Positions 17,682-28,423 of a stretch of 64,000 nt of DNA are shown here, piece after piece. The translations under genes were made by a program, and so were the position numbers. The stretch comes from Spirochaetia bacterium (GTDB lineage: Bacteria; Spirochaetota; Spirochaetia; SZUA-6; Bin103): contig OZ241863.1 of NCBI GenBank assembly GCA_965203055.1, positions 2,496,001-2,560,000 on the forward strand, given 5' to 3'. Within the stretch, counting starts at the first letter, position 1. Every line of letters starts with the position of its first letter. Below the pieces are notes generated by a model, which was not told where the DNA came from, searched no databases, and was given only the letters and a program-made list of their open reading frames with translations.

Positions 17682-20003
17682 TCACTCGTCCCCGCCTACC
17701 TGCACCCGAAGCTGCTGGCCGGCCAGGGTCTGGCGCGCCCAGAACAGGTTCTGGCTCGCGTCGTTGCCGCCCGCCGCCAGGATGGCGGTGCCGGTCGCGG
17801 TGGTGCCGCCGCCCGGCGCCGCCGTAAAGGTCACCGTCGGGGCGGTCACGTAGCCGCTCCCCCCGTTGGTGATCTCCACCGACCGGATGACGTATTCGAA
17901 GACCGCGGTGCCGACCGCGGTGGTGGCGCCGGTCGGCGCCGCCGTAAAGGAGACGGTCGGGGCGGAGGTGTAGCCGCTGCCGGGGTTGGTGACCGTCGCC
18001 GTCGGGACGGCGTAGGCCATCACCGCGGTGGCGGTCGCCCCGCTGCCGCCGCCGCCGGTAAGGGAGACGGTGGGCGCCGAGGTGTAGCCGCTGCCGGCGG
18101 TGCCGGGCGTCACCGAGGCGACCCCGTAGTTCATCACCGCGGTGCCGGTCGCCGCGGTGCCGGACGACGGCGTCGAAAAGGTCACGGTGGGGGCCGAGGT
18201 GTAGCCGCTCCCCCCGGCGGTGACCGTCACCTCATCTGCCTCGACGACCACGGTCGCGGTGGCGGCCGCCCCGCTGCCGCCGCCGCCGGAGAAGGAGACG
18301 GTGGGCGCCGAGGTGTAGCCGCTTCCGCCGCTGGTGACGTCAACCCCGGTGATGGTGCTGCCCATCACCGCGCGGTAGCCGGCCCCGCTGCCGCCGCCGC
18401 CGGTAAAGGTGATCGTGGGAGCGGAGGTGTAGCCGCTCCCCGCGTTGGTGACGTCGACCCCTCGAATGTTGGAGTACATTCTCACGTTGAACGTTGCCCC
18501 CGTGCCTACCGTAATGGAGACCGTGGGGGGCGAGGTGTAGCCGCGCCCCCGGTTGGTGAATACGAGGCGGTCCGCCCGCCCGTCTGAATGCCTGCTCAAG
18601 GTGGCGGTTGCCCTGGTGCCGCCGGACGGCGGCGCCGAAAGGGTCACGACGGAGGCCGACGTGTAACCGCTGCCGTCGGCGGTTTTCGGCGCGCTCTGGA
18701 CGGCGTCGGGCCCCCACGCGGTGCCGGTCGCGGTGGTGCCGCCGGCCCGTTGTGGGGCCGAGAAGGTCGCGGTCGGGACCGAGGTGTAGCCGCTCCCGTA
18801 CTGATTGCCGATCCTCGTCACGGAAGCGACGCTGTCGGGCCCGGTCGCGGCGGCGGCCGCGCCGCTGCCGCCGCCGCCGGAGAAGGAGACGGTGGGGGGC
18901 GAGGTGTAGCCGCTGCCGGCGTTCCCGACCGACACCGAAGTGACGGCCCCGCGTGTCGTCGCGGTGGCGGTAGCTCCGCTGCCGCCGCCGCCCGAAATGG
19001 TGACCGTGGGCGCCCCCGTATAGCCCGATCCCCGGGTATCGAGCGTCACGTCAGCGACGCTGCCGCTGAGCGCCGCGGTGCCGGCCGCATCGGTGCCGCC
19101 GGACGGCGCCGCCGAGAAGGAGACGGTGGGCGCCGACGTGTAGCCGCTGCCGGCGGTATCGACGTTCACCGAAGTGACGCTGCCGCTGATATCCGGGGTG
19201 GCGGCCGCGCCGCTGCCGCCGCCGCCGGAAAAGGAGATGGTGGGCGCCGAGGTGTAGCCGGCGCCGGCGGTCGTGACGTTCACCGAACCGACGCCGCCGC
19301 CGCCCGCTACGTCGGCGGTTGCCCGGGTGCCGCCGGCCGGCGGCGGAGCAAGGGTCACGGTGGGCGCCGAGGTGTAGCCGCTGCCCCGCTCGGTAATCCT
19401 GACCGACGCGACGGTGTCCGAGGCCCCAGACTGATCCGGGGCGGTGAGCACCAGCACGATCGCGCCCGCGCTCACTTCGGCGCCAACCGTCCACTGCGCG
19501 CCTGAGATGTCGCCGGCGAAGGTCGGCGCGGTCGCCGTGCTCGTGAACGGCAGCTCGTTGCCGCCGATCGACACGGTCACCTTCTCGCCCTCGGCGCCGG
19601 TGATCCCGTCCCAGGCGAACGGCTCGGAGCGGATCGTCGAGAGGCTCGGGTCCGCTGCGTCAGGCAGCGGCAGCGCCGATGACCAAGCATCCTCTCCCAG
19701 GGGCCAGCTCTTCGTGGCCGCCGGAGTCGGGGCCGGCGCGGTCGGCGACCCGCCATTGCCGCCGGCGCCGCCGCCGGCTCCGTTTCCGCCCGCGCCGCCG
19801 GCGCCCGTACCGCCGGTCGCGCCCGGCCGGGCCGTCTGCTGGCACGCCAGCAGGGCGATGCCGATGACTGCCGCCAGCGCCAGGAGCGCTGCCTTGCCGC
19901 TCATCCCCTTGACCCTCGCCGGCCGGAGCTGCCGAGGTCGGCCCGAATCTTTCGGTTCATGGGGGGGGGGGGTAAGCGTAAGCTCGTTGTCGTTACCGGT
20001 CAT
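17682..20003 (-). CDS. Putative surface lipoprotein with 14 'GSGYTSAPTV' repeats of about 40 aa (start 20003 or 19904)
   Basis: Hydrophobic segment and lipobox 'AALLALAAVIGIALLAC', Gly-rich tether, then 14 GxGY(T/V) repeats. Confidence 0.8.
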   Translation of the reverse strand: MTGNDNELTLTPPPHEPKDSGRPRQLRPARVKGMSGKAALLALAAVIGIALLACQQTARPGATGGTGAGGAGGNGAGGGAGGNGGSPTAPAPTPAATKSWPLGEDAWSSALPLPDAADPSLSTIRSEPFAWDGITGAEGEKVTVSIGGNELPFTSTATAPTFAGDISGAQWTVGAEVSAGAIVLVLTAPDQSGASDTVASVRITERGSGYTSAPTVTLAPPPAGGTRATADVAGGGGVGSVNVTTAGAGYTSAPTISFSGGGGSGAAATPDISGSVTSVNVDTAGSGYTSAPTVSFSAAPSGGTDAAGTAALSGSVADVTLDTRGSGYTGAPTVTISGGGGSGATATATTRGAVTSVSVGNAGSGYTSPPTVSFSGGGGSGAAAAATGPDSVASVTRIGNQYGSGYTSVPTATFSAPQRAGGTTATGTAWGPDAVQSAPKTADGSGYTSASVVTLSAPPSGGTRATATLSRHSDGRADRLVFTNRGRGYTSPPTVSITVGTGATFNVRMYSNIRGVDVTNAGSGYTSAPTITFTGGGGSGAGYRAVMGSTITGVDVTSGGSGYTSAPTVSFSGGGGSGAAATATVVVEADEVTVTAGGSGYTSAPTVTFSTPSSGTAATGTAVMNYGVASVTPGTAGSGYTSAPTVSLTGGGGSGATATAVMAYAVPTATVTNPGSGYTSAPTVSFTAAPTGATTAVGTAVFEYVIRSVEITNGGSGYVTAPTVTFTAAPGGGTTATGTAILAAGGNDASQNLFWARQTLAGQQLRVQVGGDE
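19961..19972. repeat. G12/C12 homopolymer tract in the 5' region of the lipoprotein gene
   Basis: ttcat-GGGGGGGGGGGG-taagc. It is the only run of this length I found in the window. Confidence 0.9.
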
Positions 20004-20148
20004 TCAGAGTACTCCCAAAGCTGGATTCGGAATACGACGCGCATAATCAATCTATTGGCCACTGCCGGCGGCCGTCAAGAGTGCGCGGCAACGGCGGCAA
20101 CGGCGCGGCGTTGTCCGGGGCCGGCCCAAGCACGTAGTATAGGGCGCG

Positions 20149-21507
20149 ATGGATAAGCTGAGAGCGAGCCGCACGGCTCGGTGCGCGGGCCTCACGGGTC
20201 TGTTCGGGGTGCTGGCCGGGGTTCCGGCGTTCGCCCAGGAGGCGTCGGCGGCGAACCAGATCGCCGCCATCATCACCGGCGTCGATACGCTGTGGGTGCT
20301 GATGGCCGCGTTTCTGGTGTTTCTGATGCAGGCCGGGTTCGGCATGCTGGAGGCCGGCCTGATCCGCGCCAAGAACACCGCCAACATCCTGATGAAGAAC
20401 CTGATGGACTTCTGCATGGCCTCGCTCGGTTTCTTCATCTTCGGCTACGCGATCATGTTCGGCTCCGGCAATCCGCTGTTCGGCACTTCGGGTTGGCTGC
20501 TGCTCGGCGCCGAGTCCGCGGCGGACGTGCCGCTGTTCGCCTTCTGGCTGTTCCAGGCGGTGTTCGTCGGCGCCGCCGCCACCATCGTGGCCGGCGGCAT
20601 GGCCGAGCGGATGAAGTTTCCGGCCTACGTGATCTACTCGTTTCTGATCTCCGCGTTCGTCTATCCGGTGGTCGGCCACTGGGTGTGGGGCGGCGGCTGG
20701 CTGGCCGGCCTGGGCTTTACCGACTTTGCCGGCTCCACCGTGGTGCACGCGGTCGGCGGCTGGGCCGCCTTCATCGGCACCCGCTGCCTGGGTCCGCGCA
20801 TCGGCAAGTTCAGTCCCGACGGCAAGCCCAACGTGATCGAGGGACACTCCCTGCCGCTCGCTTCTCTGGGGATGTTCCTGTTGTGGTTCGGCTGGTTCGG
20901 CTTCAACCCCGGCTCCACCCTGGGGGTCGGCGACGGCTCCCTCATCGCCCGCGTCGCCATCAACACCAACCTCGCCGCGGCCGCCGGGGCAATCGCGGCC
21001 ACCGCCGCGGTCTGGCTGACGGCCGGCAAGCCCGACCTCACCATGGGGATGAACGGCGCCCTGGCCGGACTGGTGGCGATCACCGCGCCGTGCGCGTTCG
21101 TGGAACCGGGGCACGCGATACTGATCGGGCTGATCGGCGGCGTGATCGTGGTGTTCGGAGTGTTCTACCTCGACCGCCATCGCGTCGACGACCCGGTGGG
21201 AGCCATCGCAGTGCACGGCATGAACGGCATCTGGGGAACCCTGGCGGTGGGCATCTGGGGGCAGGCTGCGTTGGGCGTCCCCAACGACGGCCTGTGGTAC
21301 GGCGGCGGCTTTGGCCAGCTCGGGGTGCAGCTGCTCGGCACGGTCACCGTGAGCGTGTTCATCATCGTCGCCATGGGGCTCATCTTCAAGCTGATCGACC
21401 GGGTGGTAGGTCTGCGCGTGCCGCGTGAGGAAGAGTTGAAGGGCCTGGACGTCGCCGAACACGGCGCCGACGCCTACGGCGGCTTCCAGGTGTTTTCCAC
21501 CGAGTAG
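20149..21507 (+). CDS. amt: Ammonium transporter (Amt family)
   Basis: Motifs 'FLMQAGFGMLEAG', 'AER', 'HWVWGGGWL', 'DFAGSTVVH', 'WFGWFGFN', 'DDPVGA..VH'. Confidence 0.95.
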   Translation: MDKLRASRTARCAGLTGLFGVLAGVPAFAQEASAANQIAAIITGVDTLWVLMAAFLVFLMQAGFGMLEAGLIRAKNTANILMKNLMDFCMASLGFFIFGYAIMFGSGNPLFGTSGWLLLGAESAADVPLFAFWLFQAVFVGAAATIVAGGMAERMKFPAYVIYSFLISAFVYPVVGHWVWGGGWLAGLGFTDFAGSTVVHAVGGWAAFIGTRCLGPRIGKFSPDGKPNVIEGHSLPLASLGMFLLWFGWFGFNPGSTLGVGDGSLIARVAINTNLAAAAGAIAATAAVWLTAGKPDLTMGMNGALAGLVAITAPCAFVEPGHAILIGLIGGVIVVFGVFYLDRHRVDDPVGAIAVHGMNGIWGTLAVGIWGQAALGVPNDGLWYGGGFGQLGVQLLGTVTVSVFIIVAMGLIFKLIDRVVGLRVPREEELKGLDVAEHGADAYGGFQVFSTE

Positions 21508-21526
21508 CGCCCGCCCGGCAGGGCGG

Positions 21527-22192
21527 TCAGCGGTTCAGGTCGACGTGCTTGCCGGTGGTGACGTAGATCACCGCCTCGCAGATGTTGGTGGCGTGATCGC
21601 CGGCGCGCTCCAGTTGCTTGGCCACGAACAGCAGCGACGACGCCTGGGTGATGTTGCGCGGGGTCTCCATCATGTAGGTGAGCAGCTCGCGGAACAGGTG
21701 CGAGTAGGTCTCGTCCACCTTGTTGTCGCGGGCGCTGACCTGTTCCGCCAGGGCGCTGTCCTGGGTCACGAAGCTGCGCACCGAGTCGCGCAGCATGGCG
21801 CAGGTCTCGTCGGCCATCAACGGTATCGCGATCAGTTCCTTGATGAGCTGCTCGGAGGCCAGCCGTTGCGCAACCCGCGCCATGTGCACCGCCAGGTCGC
21901 CGGTCCGCTCCAGTTGCGCGATGACGTTGAGCGTGCCGACGATCTGCCGCAGGTCGGTGGCTACCGGCTGCTCGGTGGCGAGCAGCCGCACGCAGGAGTC
22001 GTCGATGTCGTGATGCATGCGGTTGACGAGGTCCTCGTCGCGCAGCACCTGCTCCGCGAGGCGCACGTCGTGCTCTTCCAGCGCCCGGACCGAACCGCGT
22101 ATGGCGCGTTCCACCTGCTGCCCCATGGTGGTGAGCGCGTCGCGCAATTCGGCGAAGGCTTGGTCGTATTGGGCCCGCAACGGCGGCGTCAC
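21527..22192 (-). CDS. phoU: Phosphate transport regulator PhoU
   Basis: Motifs 'QPVATDLR', 'LERTGD', 'LERAGDHATNICE'. GTG start at 22192. Confidence 0.93.
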   Translation of the reverse strand: MTPPLRAQYDQAFAELRDALTTMGQQVERAIRGSVRALEEHDVRLAEQVLRDEDLVNRMHHDIDDSCVRLLATEQPVATDLRQIVGTLNVIAQLERTGDLAVHMARVAQRLASEQLIKELIAIPLMADETCAMLRDSVRSFVTQDSALAEQVSARDNKVDETYSHLFRELLTYMMETPRNITQASSLLFVAKQLERAGDHATNICEAVIYVTTGKHVDLNR

Positions 22193-22214
22193 TTCGCGCT
22201 CCCGCTCCCTCGGC

Positions 22215-23030
<816 letters not shown>

Positions 23031-23133
23031 CGTCGGCCCCCCTGCGCCGCCGCCGGCAGCGGCCCCGCGCCGCCTTTCCCGATGACACGGCGCCCGGAAC
23101 CGTGCGGGCGCGGCGCGCCGCCGGCGCCCGCCA

Positions 23134-24366
23134 TCAGGTAATCCCCCGTTGTTTGGCATAGTGGTTGCGCAGCAGGATGGCGGTGGCGTTCAGCGTCAAC
23201 AACAATACCAGCAACACCAGGATGGCGGCGGCCGCCGCGTTGCGGAACTCCGCCTGCGGGCGCGCCGTCCACTGATAGATCTGAATCGGCAGCGTGGTGA
23301 ACTTGGAGAACGGGCCGGCCGGATCCAGCGTCACCAGGGTGGAGGCGCCAACCACCACCATCGGAGCGGTCTCGCCGATGGCCCGCGAGGTCGCCAGGAT
23401 GGTGCCGGTCAGGATGCGGTCCAGCGAGCCGGGCAGCACGTGATCGCGAATCGTCTGCCACTTGCTCGCGCCAAGCCCGTAGCTCGACTGCCGCAGACTG
23501 TCGGGCACCGCCTTGATCGCCTCCTGGGCGTTGATGATGATGACCGGGAGAATCAGCAGGCCGAGCGTCAGCCCGGCGGACAGGATGGTCCTGCCGTTGG
23601 CGCCGGCGCCGCCGGCCAACCCGAAGAGCGCGCCGCTGGTGAACGGTTCCATGGCGCGCACGAACACCGTCAATCCGAGCATCCCGTAGATGATCGACGG
23701 CACCCCCGCCAGATTGTTGATGTTGGTCTGGATGGCGCGGTTGAGACGCGTGTCGAGCGCGTACTCTTCCAGGTAGATGGCGGCGCCGACGCCCACCGGA
23801 AACGCGAACAGCACAGTGATCAGTATGGTCCACAGCGACCCCTTGATGGCCGCCCGCACCCCGGCGTCCTCCGGCGTGCTCGACTGCGCGCGGCTGATGA
23901 ACGCGCCGCTCAGCCAGGAACGGGGCGCTACCCGCGCCGCGGGATACTTGGCCGCCGCCTCCCGCAGCACCGCCTCGCGCCGGACCAGCGAGTCCCACAG
24001 CGGCCAGGCCTGCGCCACCGACGGATCCACCACCCGCTCGATCACCAGCGCGTAGAGCTCGTCGCGGCTGCGCTCGGCAAGCGGCCGCTCGCGGTCGAAG
24101 CGCCGCAGCAGGCCGCGCGAGAGGTGCTCGCCCATCACCTCCAGCAGCAGCTCCCGGTTCATGCGCTCCAGCGGCACGCCGCCGCGGGTCAGTTCCCGCG
24201 GCTCGATGGCGTTCTCGATCGCCACCAGGCCGAAGGCCCGATTGGCGATCGTCAGCAGCAGCGCGGTAAGCATCACGATCGCCACCGCGGTGGCGGCGTG
24301 GAACACCAGCCGCCAGACCAGGCCCAGGCGATGGCGCCCCGCCAGATTGCCCGGCATGGCGCTCAC
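23134..24366 (-). CDS. pstA: Phosphate ABC transporter permease PstA
   Basis: Motifs 'AIYLEEY', '[14 protein letters not shown]', 'SRAIGETAP'. GTG overlaps the pstC stop. Confidence 0.92.
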   Translation of the reverse strand: MSAMPGNLAGRHRLGLVWRLVFHAATAVAIVMLTALLLTIANRAFGLVAIENAIEPRELTRGGVPLERMNRELLLEVMGEHLSRGLLRRFDRERPLAERSRDELYALVIERVVDPSVAQAWPLWDSLVRREAVLREAAAKYPAARVAPRSWLSGAFISRAQSSTPEDAGVRAAIKGSLWTILITVLFAFPVGVGAAIYLEEYALDTRLNRAIQTNINNLAGVPSIIYGMLGLTVFVRAMEPFTSGALFGLAGGAGANGRTILSAGLTLGLLILPVIIINAQEAIKAVPDSLRQSSYGLGASKWQTIRDHVLPGSLDRILTGTILATSRAIGETAPMVVVGASTLVTLDPAGPFSKFTTLPIQIYQWTARPQAEFRNAAAAAILVLLVLLLTLNATAILLRNHYAKQRGIT

Positions 24367-25352
24367 TCGTATACCTCGCGGAAGCGGCGGACGATGCGGC
24401 GGCTCAACATGTTCAGCCCCAGGGTGATGAAGAACAACACCAGGCCGATCGAGTAGATGCTGTTGTAATCGATCGACTGATAGCTCAGGTCGCCGCCGCT
24501 GATGCGCACGATGTGGCCGGTCATGGTCTCCGCGGCGTGGAACGGGTTGAAGGTGAAGGCCGAGCCGGCGCCGGCCGCCAGGGCGACCACCATGGTCTCG
24601 CCGACCGCCCGCGACAGCCCGATGATGAACGCCGCGGCCAGGCCGGAGAAGGCCGCCGGCACCACGATCTTGACCGCGGTCTCCAGGCGCGTCGCGCCCA
24701 GCCCCAGGGCGGCCTCGCGCAGCGCCACCGGCACCGCCGACAGCGCGTCCTCGGCCATCGACGATATCAGCGGCAGGATCAGGATCCCGATCACGATGCC
24801 GGCGGACGCCGTGTTGTAGATCTGCACCGCCTCCTGGCCGAACACGCCGCGCAGCAGGGGCGTCATGAAGGTGAGGGCGAAGTAGCCGTAGACCACCGTC
24901 GGGATCCCCGCCAGCACCTCCAGAATCGGCTTGAGGAACGCGCGCATGCGGCGGCCGGCGTATTCGCTGAGGTAGATCGCCACGCTCATGCCGATCGGAA
25001 CCGCGACCAGCATCGCGGTGAGGCTGGTCATCAGGGTGGCGTTGACCAGGGGCAGAATCCCGAACTTGCCGATCGCCGGCTGCCACTCGGTGGTGGTGAG
25101 GAAGGCCCACAGGTTCACCGCGTCGTTGCGGAAGAAGAGCACCGACTCGCGGCCGAGCACGAGTACGATACCCACCGTCACGAAGATCGACAGGGCGCCG
25201 CAGAAGAACAGCAATGCCTGGATGACGGCCTCGCCGGGCCGCGGCCGGTGCGAGAGCGCGTGCGCGCGCCCGCCGGACACCGCCCGGCTCAGGCGCGTGA
25301 CGCCGGTCGCCCCGACCCGTTGCGTAGTGGACAATGACAGCCTCGCGGGCAA
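24363..25352 (-). CDS. pstC: Phosphate ABC transporter permease PstC (start uncertain)
   Basis: Motifs 'AIYLSEY', 'LAGIPTVVYG', 'SRAVGETM'. Confidence 0.92.
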   Translation of the reverse strand: MPARLSLSTTQRVGATGVTRLSRAVSGGRAHALSHRPRPGEAVIQALLFFCGALSIFVTVGIVLVLGRESVLFFRNDAVNLWAFLTTTEWQPAIGKFGILPLVNATLMTSLTAMLVAVPIGMSVAIYLSEYAGRRMRAFLKPILEVLAGIPTVVYGYFALTFMTPLLRGVFGQEAVQIYNTASAGIVIGILILPLISSMAEDALSAVPVALREAALGLGATRLETAVKIVVPAAFSGLAAAFIIGLSRAVGETMVVALAAGAGSAFTFNPFHAAETMTGHIVRISGGDLSYQSIDYNSIYSIGLVLFFITLGLNMLSRRIVRRFREVYE

Positions 25353-25454
25353 GTGTCGCCGCCGATTGTTAGGATTTTGTGAGCGCCGGACCAGTTTTGC
25401 ATGTTCTTCTCAGGCTGCGGCGCGGGCAGGCGGCGCGGCGGTCAAGCGCCGCGG

Positions 25455-26222
25455 TCAAGCGCCGCGCAGGGCTTGGCGGTAGAGCGCCTCCCGGCGCTTG
25501 AGGAAGTCCCAGGGCACGTCGTAGGCGCGTTCGAGCCGCTCGCGGGTATGGATCTCGCGGGTCGGCCCGATCAGCGGCGGCCCGTCCGGCCGGAACAGCG
25601 CCACGTAGTCCGAGAACTCCGCCGACAGCTCCAGTTCGTGCACCGAGTAGCACCAGGTCAGCCGCTCCCGCTGCGCGTACTCGTACAAGTAGCCCATTAC
25701 GGCGCGCTTCTGCCGCTCCTCCAGGGCGAACACCGGCTCGTCCATCATCAACGCGCGCGACCCGTAGAGCAGACAGAACGCCAGCAGGGTGCGCTGCAAC
25801 TCGCCCTTGCTCACCTCCTGGGTCCGCTTGTGGAGCACCCCGCGCAGCTCGAACACCTCTACCATCTCACGCATGAACTCTTCGCTGCGCTGCTCGTGAT
25901 ACCCGGTGCGGTATACGTAGGAGATCAGATCGCCGATCGACTGCTCGGTCTCGAACTCCATGTTCTGGTGGATCAACGACACGTGGCGCTGGCGCGCGTA
26001 GGGATCGCGCAGCCGCCGCGTGTCGACGCCGTGCAACAGCACCGTGCCGTCGCCGGGCACGGCGATGCCGCTGGCCAGCAGCATGAAGGTCGACTTGCCG
26101 GTGCCGTTCTGGCCCACCAGGGCCACCACTCCGGCCGGCAGCCGCAACGAGAGATCGCGAAACACCAGTTCGGTGCCCTCCGGATAGGCGTAGCTCACCT
26201 TGCGCAGCTCGACCGGATGCAT
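25455..26222 (-). CDS. Stand-alone ABC transporter ATP-binding protein
   Basis: C-terminal part of ORF 25455..28400. Walker A 'GQNGTGKST', degenerate signature 'VSKGE', 'MMDEP', H-loop 'SVHE'. Confidence 0.8.
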   Translation of the reverse strand: MHPVELRKVSYAYPEGTELVFRDLSLRLPAGVVALVGQNGTGKSTFMLLASGIAVPGDGTVLLHGVDTRRLRDPYARQRHVSLIHQNMEFETEQSIGDLISYVYRTGYHEQRSEEFMREMVEVFELRGVLHKRTQEVSKGELQRTLLAFCLLYGSRALMMDEPVFALEERQKRAVMGYLYEYAQRERLTWCYSVHELELSAEFSDYVALFRPDGPPLIGPTREIHTRERLERAYDVPWDFLKRREALYRQALRGA

Positions 26223-26288
26223 CGCCGCCATTCTTGCGCGCCGCGCGCCGGTTTGACCAGCGCCCGGCGGGGCCGCTACGCTGGGCCG

Positions 26289-28397
26289 GTGTCCGGCCGC
26301 GGCGGCGCCCTCAATCCCGAACAGGAACGGGCGGTCAACACCATCGACGGGCCGGTGATGGTGCTGGCCGGGGCCGGCTCCGGCAAGACCCGGGTCATCA
26401 CCGCGCGCCTCGCGCGCCTGCAGCGCGCCGGCGTCGACCCGCGCGCCATCGTCGCCCTCACCTTCACCAACAAGGCCGCGGCCGAAATGCGCGAGCGCGC
26501 CGCGGGCGCCGCCCGCGGCGCCGGCTCCGGGGGCGGCCGCGGGCGGCGGGCGGCGCCCGCGGTGGGCACCTTCCACGCCTTCGGCCTGCAACTCGTGCGC
26601 CGCTACCGGGACGAGCTGGGATTCCGCGCCGGCGGCGCCGCGGCGGCCGCGGTGACCGTGTACGACCAGCAGGACAGCGCCCAACTGTTGCGCGAGGTGG
26701 CCGGCGAGCTGCGGCTGGACGCCGACCTGGCGGAGGCCGACCCGGCGCTGCTGCAGCGGCTGGTGTCGGGGCTGCGCATGGGCATCGGGGCCGACGCCGC
26801 CGGCGGCGAGCAACTGCGCCGGCTCGCCGCCGCCTACGGGCGGCGGCTGCGCCTGCACCAGGCGGTCGACTTCGACGACCTCATCCTGCTGCCGTTGGAA
26901 TTGCTGCGCGGCGCCGCCGGGGACGCGATCCGCGCGCGCTACAGCCACGTCATGGTAGACGAGTTCCAGGACACCTCGCGGCGCCAGTACCAGCTCCTGC
27001 ATGCCCTCACCGCGGCCTCCCGCAACGTGTGCGTGGTGGGCGACGACGATCAGTCGATCTACTCCTGGCGCGGCGCCGAAGCCGCCAACTTCGACCACTT
27101 CAGCCGCGACTTCGCCGAGCGGGTGGAGATCAAGCTGGAGCAGAACTACCGCTCGACCGGATCGATTCTGGCGTTCGCCAATGCCGTGATCAGCCACAAC
27201 GGCGCGCGCCGGCCGAAGCGCCTGTGGAGCCGCGGCGGGGAGGGCGCGCGGGTGGTGGCCGCCTACCCGGAGAGCGATGCCGACGAGGCGGAGTGGATCG
27301 TGCGCCAGATCCGCAGCCTGGCGCTCGGCGCCGGGCTGCGCTACGCCGACTGCGCGGTGCTGGTGCGGGCCAACAACCTCACCCGCGCCCTGGAGGAGGT
27401 GCTGCTGCGGGAGGCAATCGCGTATCAGGTGTCGGGCGGCATGAGCTTCTTCAGCCGCCGCGAGGTGCGCGACCTGATCGCCTACCTGCGGGTGCTGGCC
27501 AACCCGGACGACGACGTCAGCCTGCGCCGCATCATCAACACGCCGCGCCGCGGCCTGGGCGCCGCCGCCCTGGAACGGATCGCCGCGGTCGGCGCGGCGC
27601 GCGGCTGCTCGCTCTACTCCGCCCTGGCGCTGGTGGGCAGCGGCGAGGCGGCGGCGGACGGCGCCGGGGCCGGCCGCGAACCGAAGCGGCTGCGCGCCCT
27701 CGGCGGCGAGCTGGCGGAGCTGCTGGAACGCTACGCGGCGCGCATGCGCAACGGCGAGCGGCGCCGCGCCATGGCGCCGGTGCTGGCCGAGCTGGTCGAC
27801 GAGCTGCAGTACCGCAACCACCTGCTGGACGGCGCGCGCCCCGAGGTGGCGCGCTGGCGGGTCTCCAACGTCGACTCGGTGATCGGCTCGCTGGCCGACT
27901 TCGAGCAGCATCCGGACCGCATCCAGCCCACCCTGGCCGACTACCTGACGCGCACCGCGCTCGCCAGCCGCGACGACGACACGCCCGACCGCGGCGGCGA
28001 CCCGCGCGGCCGGGTGCAGCTCATGACCATCCACGCCGCCAAGGGGCTGGAGTTCGATACCGTGTTCATTGCCGGAGCGGACGACGGCTCGATCCCGCAC
28101 GCGCGCTCCCTGGCCGAGAGCGAAGCCAACCTGGAGGAGGAACGGCGCCTGTTCTACGTGGCCGCCACCCGCGCCCGCCGCCGCCTGTACGTTACCTGCC
28201 CCGCGGTGCGGCGGCGGCGGCGCGGCGGCGGGCCGCCGGAGGAATACGCCGCCGAGCCGTCGCGCTTCCTGCAGGAAGTCCCCCCGGACCTGGTCGACGG
28301 CGCGCGCGCCGAAGAGGAACTGGCGCCCGAACAGGCGCGCGCGCTGTTCGCCGACCTGAAGCGCCGCCTCGGCGCCGGCGGCGCCGGCTCCAATTGA
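26289..28397 (+). CDS. UvrD/Rep/PcrA superfamily 1 DNA helicase
   Basis: Motifs 'LNPEQ', 'AGAGSGKT', 'TFTNKAA', 'VDEFQD', 'VGDDDQSIY', 'QNYRS', 'TIHAAKGLEF', 'EERRLFYVA.TRA'. Confidence 0.93.
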   Translation: MSGRGGALNPEQERAVNTIDGPVMVLAGAGSGKTRVITARLARLQRAGVDPRAIVALTFTNKAAAEMRERAAGAARGAGSGGGRGRRAAPAVGTFHAFGLQLVRRYRDELGFRAGGAAAAAVTVYDQQDSAQLLREVAGELRLDADLAEADPALLQRLVSGLRMGIGADAAGGEQLRRLAAAYGRRLRLHQAVDFDDLILLPLELLRGAAGDAIRARYSHVMVDEFQDTSRRQYQLLHALTAASRNVCVVGDDDQSIYSWRGAEAANFDHFSRDFAERVEIKLEQNYRSTGSILAFANAVISHNGARRPKRLWSRGGEGARVVAAYPESDADEAEWIVRQIRSLALGAGLRYADCAVLVRANNLTRALEEVLLREAIAYQVSGGMSFFSRREVRDLIAYLRVLANPDDDVSLRRIINTPRRGLGAAALERIAAVGAARGCSLYSALALVGSGEAAADGAGAGREPKRLRALGGELAELLERYAARMRNGERRRAMAPVLAELVDELQYRNHLLDGARPEVARWRVSNVDSVIGSLADFEQHPDRIQPTLADYLTRTALASRDDDTPDRGGDPRGRVQLMTIHAAKGLEFDTVFIAGADDGSIPHARSLAESEANLEEERRLFYVAATRARRRLYVTCPAVRRRRRGGGPPEEYAAEPSRFLQEVPPDLVDGARAEEELAPEQARALFADLKRRLGAGGAGSN

Positions 28398-28423
28398 CAC
28401 GGCGGCGCGGTTGCCGCTAAGGT
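28394..28423 (+). promoter_or_regulatory. Putative sigma-70 promoter of ppdK
   Basis: TTGACA-18 nt-TAAGGT. Confidence 0.55.

Noticed and set aside
17780..19400. CRISPR-like array (recurring gaggtgtagccgc about every 120 bp)
   Set aside because: These are in-frame coding repeats of the lipoprotein with degenerate third positions, and no cas genes are present.
16314..20003. tRNA-anchored genomic island or prophage
   Set aside because: No integrase, no duplicated tRNA 3' end (att site) and no phage core genes were found. The Rpn and lipoprotein genes lie on the tRNA 5' side.
20050..20110. Sigma-54 promoter or NtrC site for amt; 9-bp tandem gcggcaacg
   Set aside because: TTGGC is not followed by GC at the required spacing, and the short GC-rich duplication is unremarkable.
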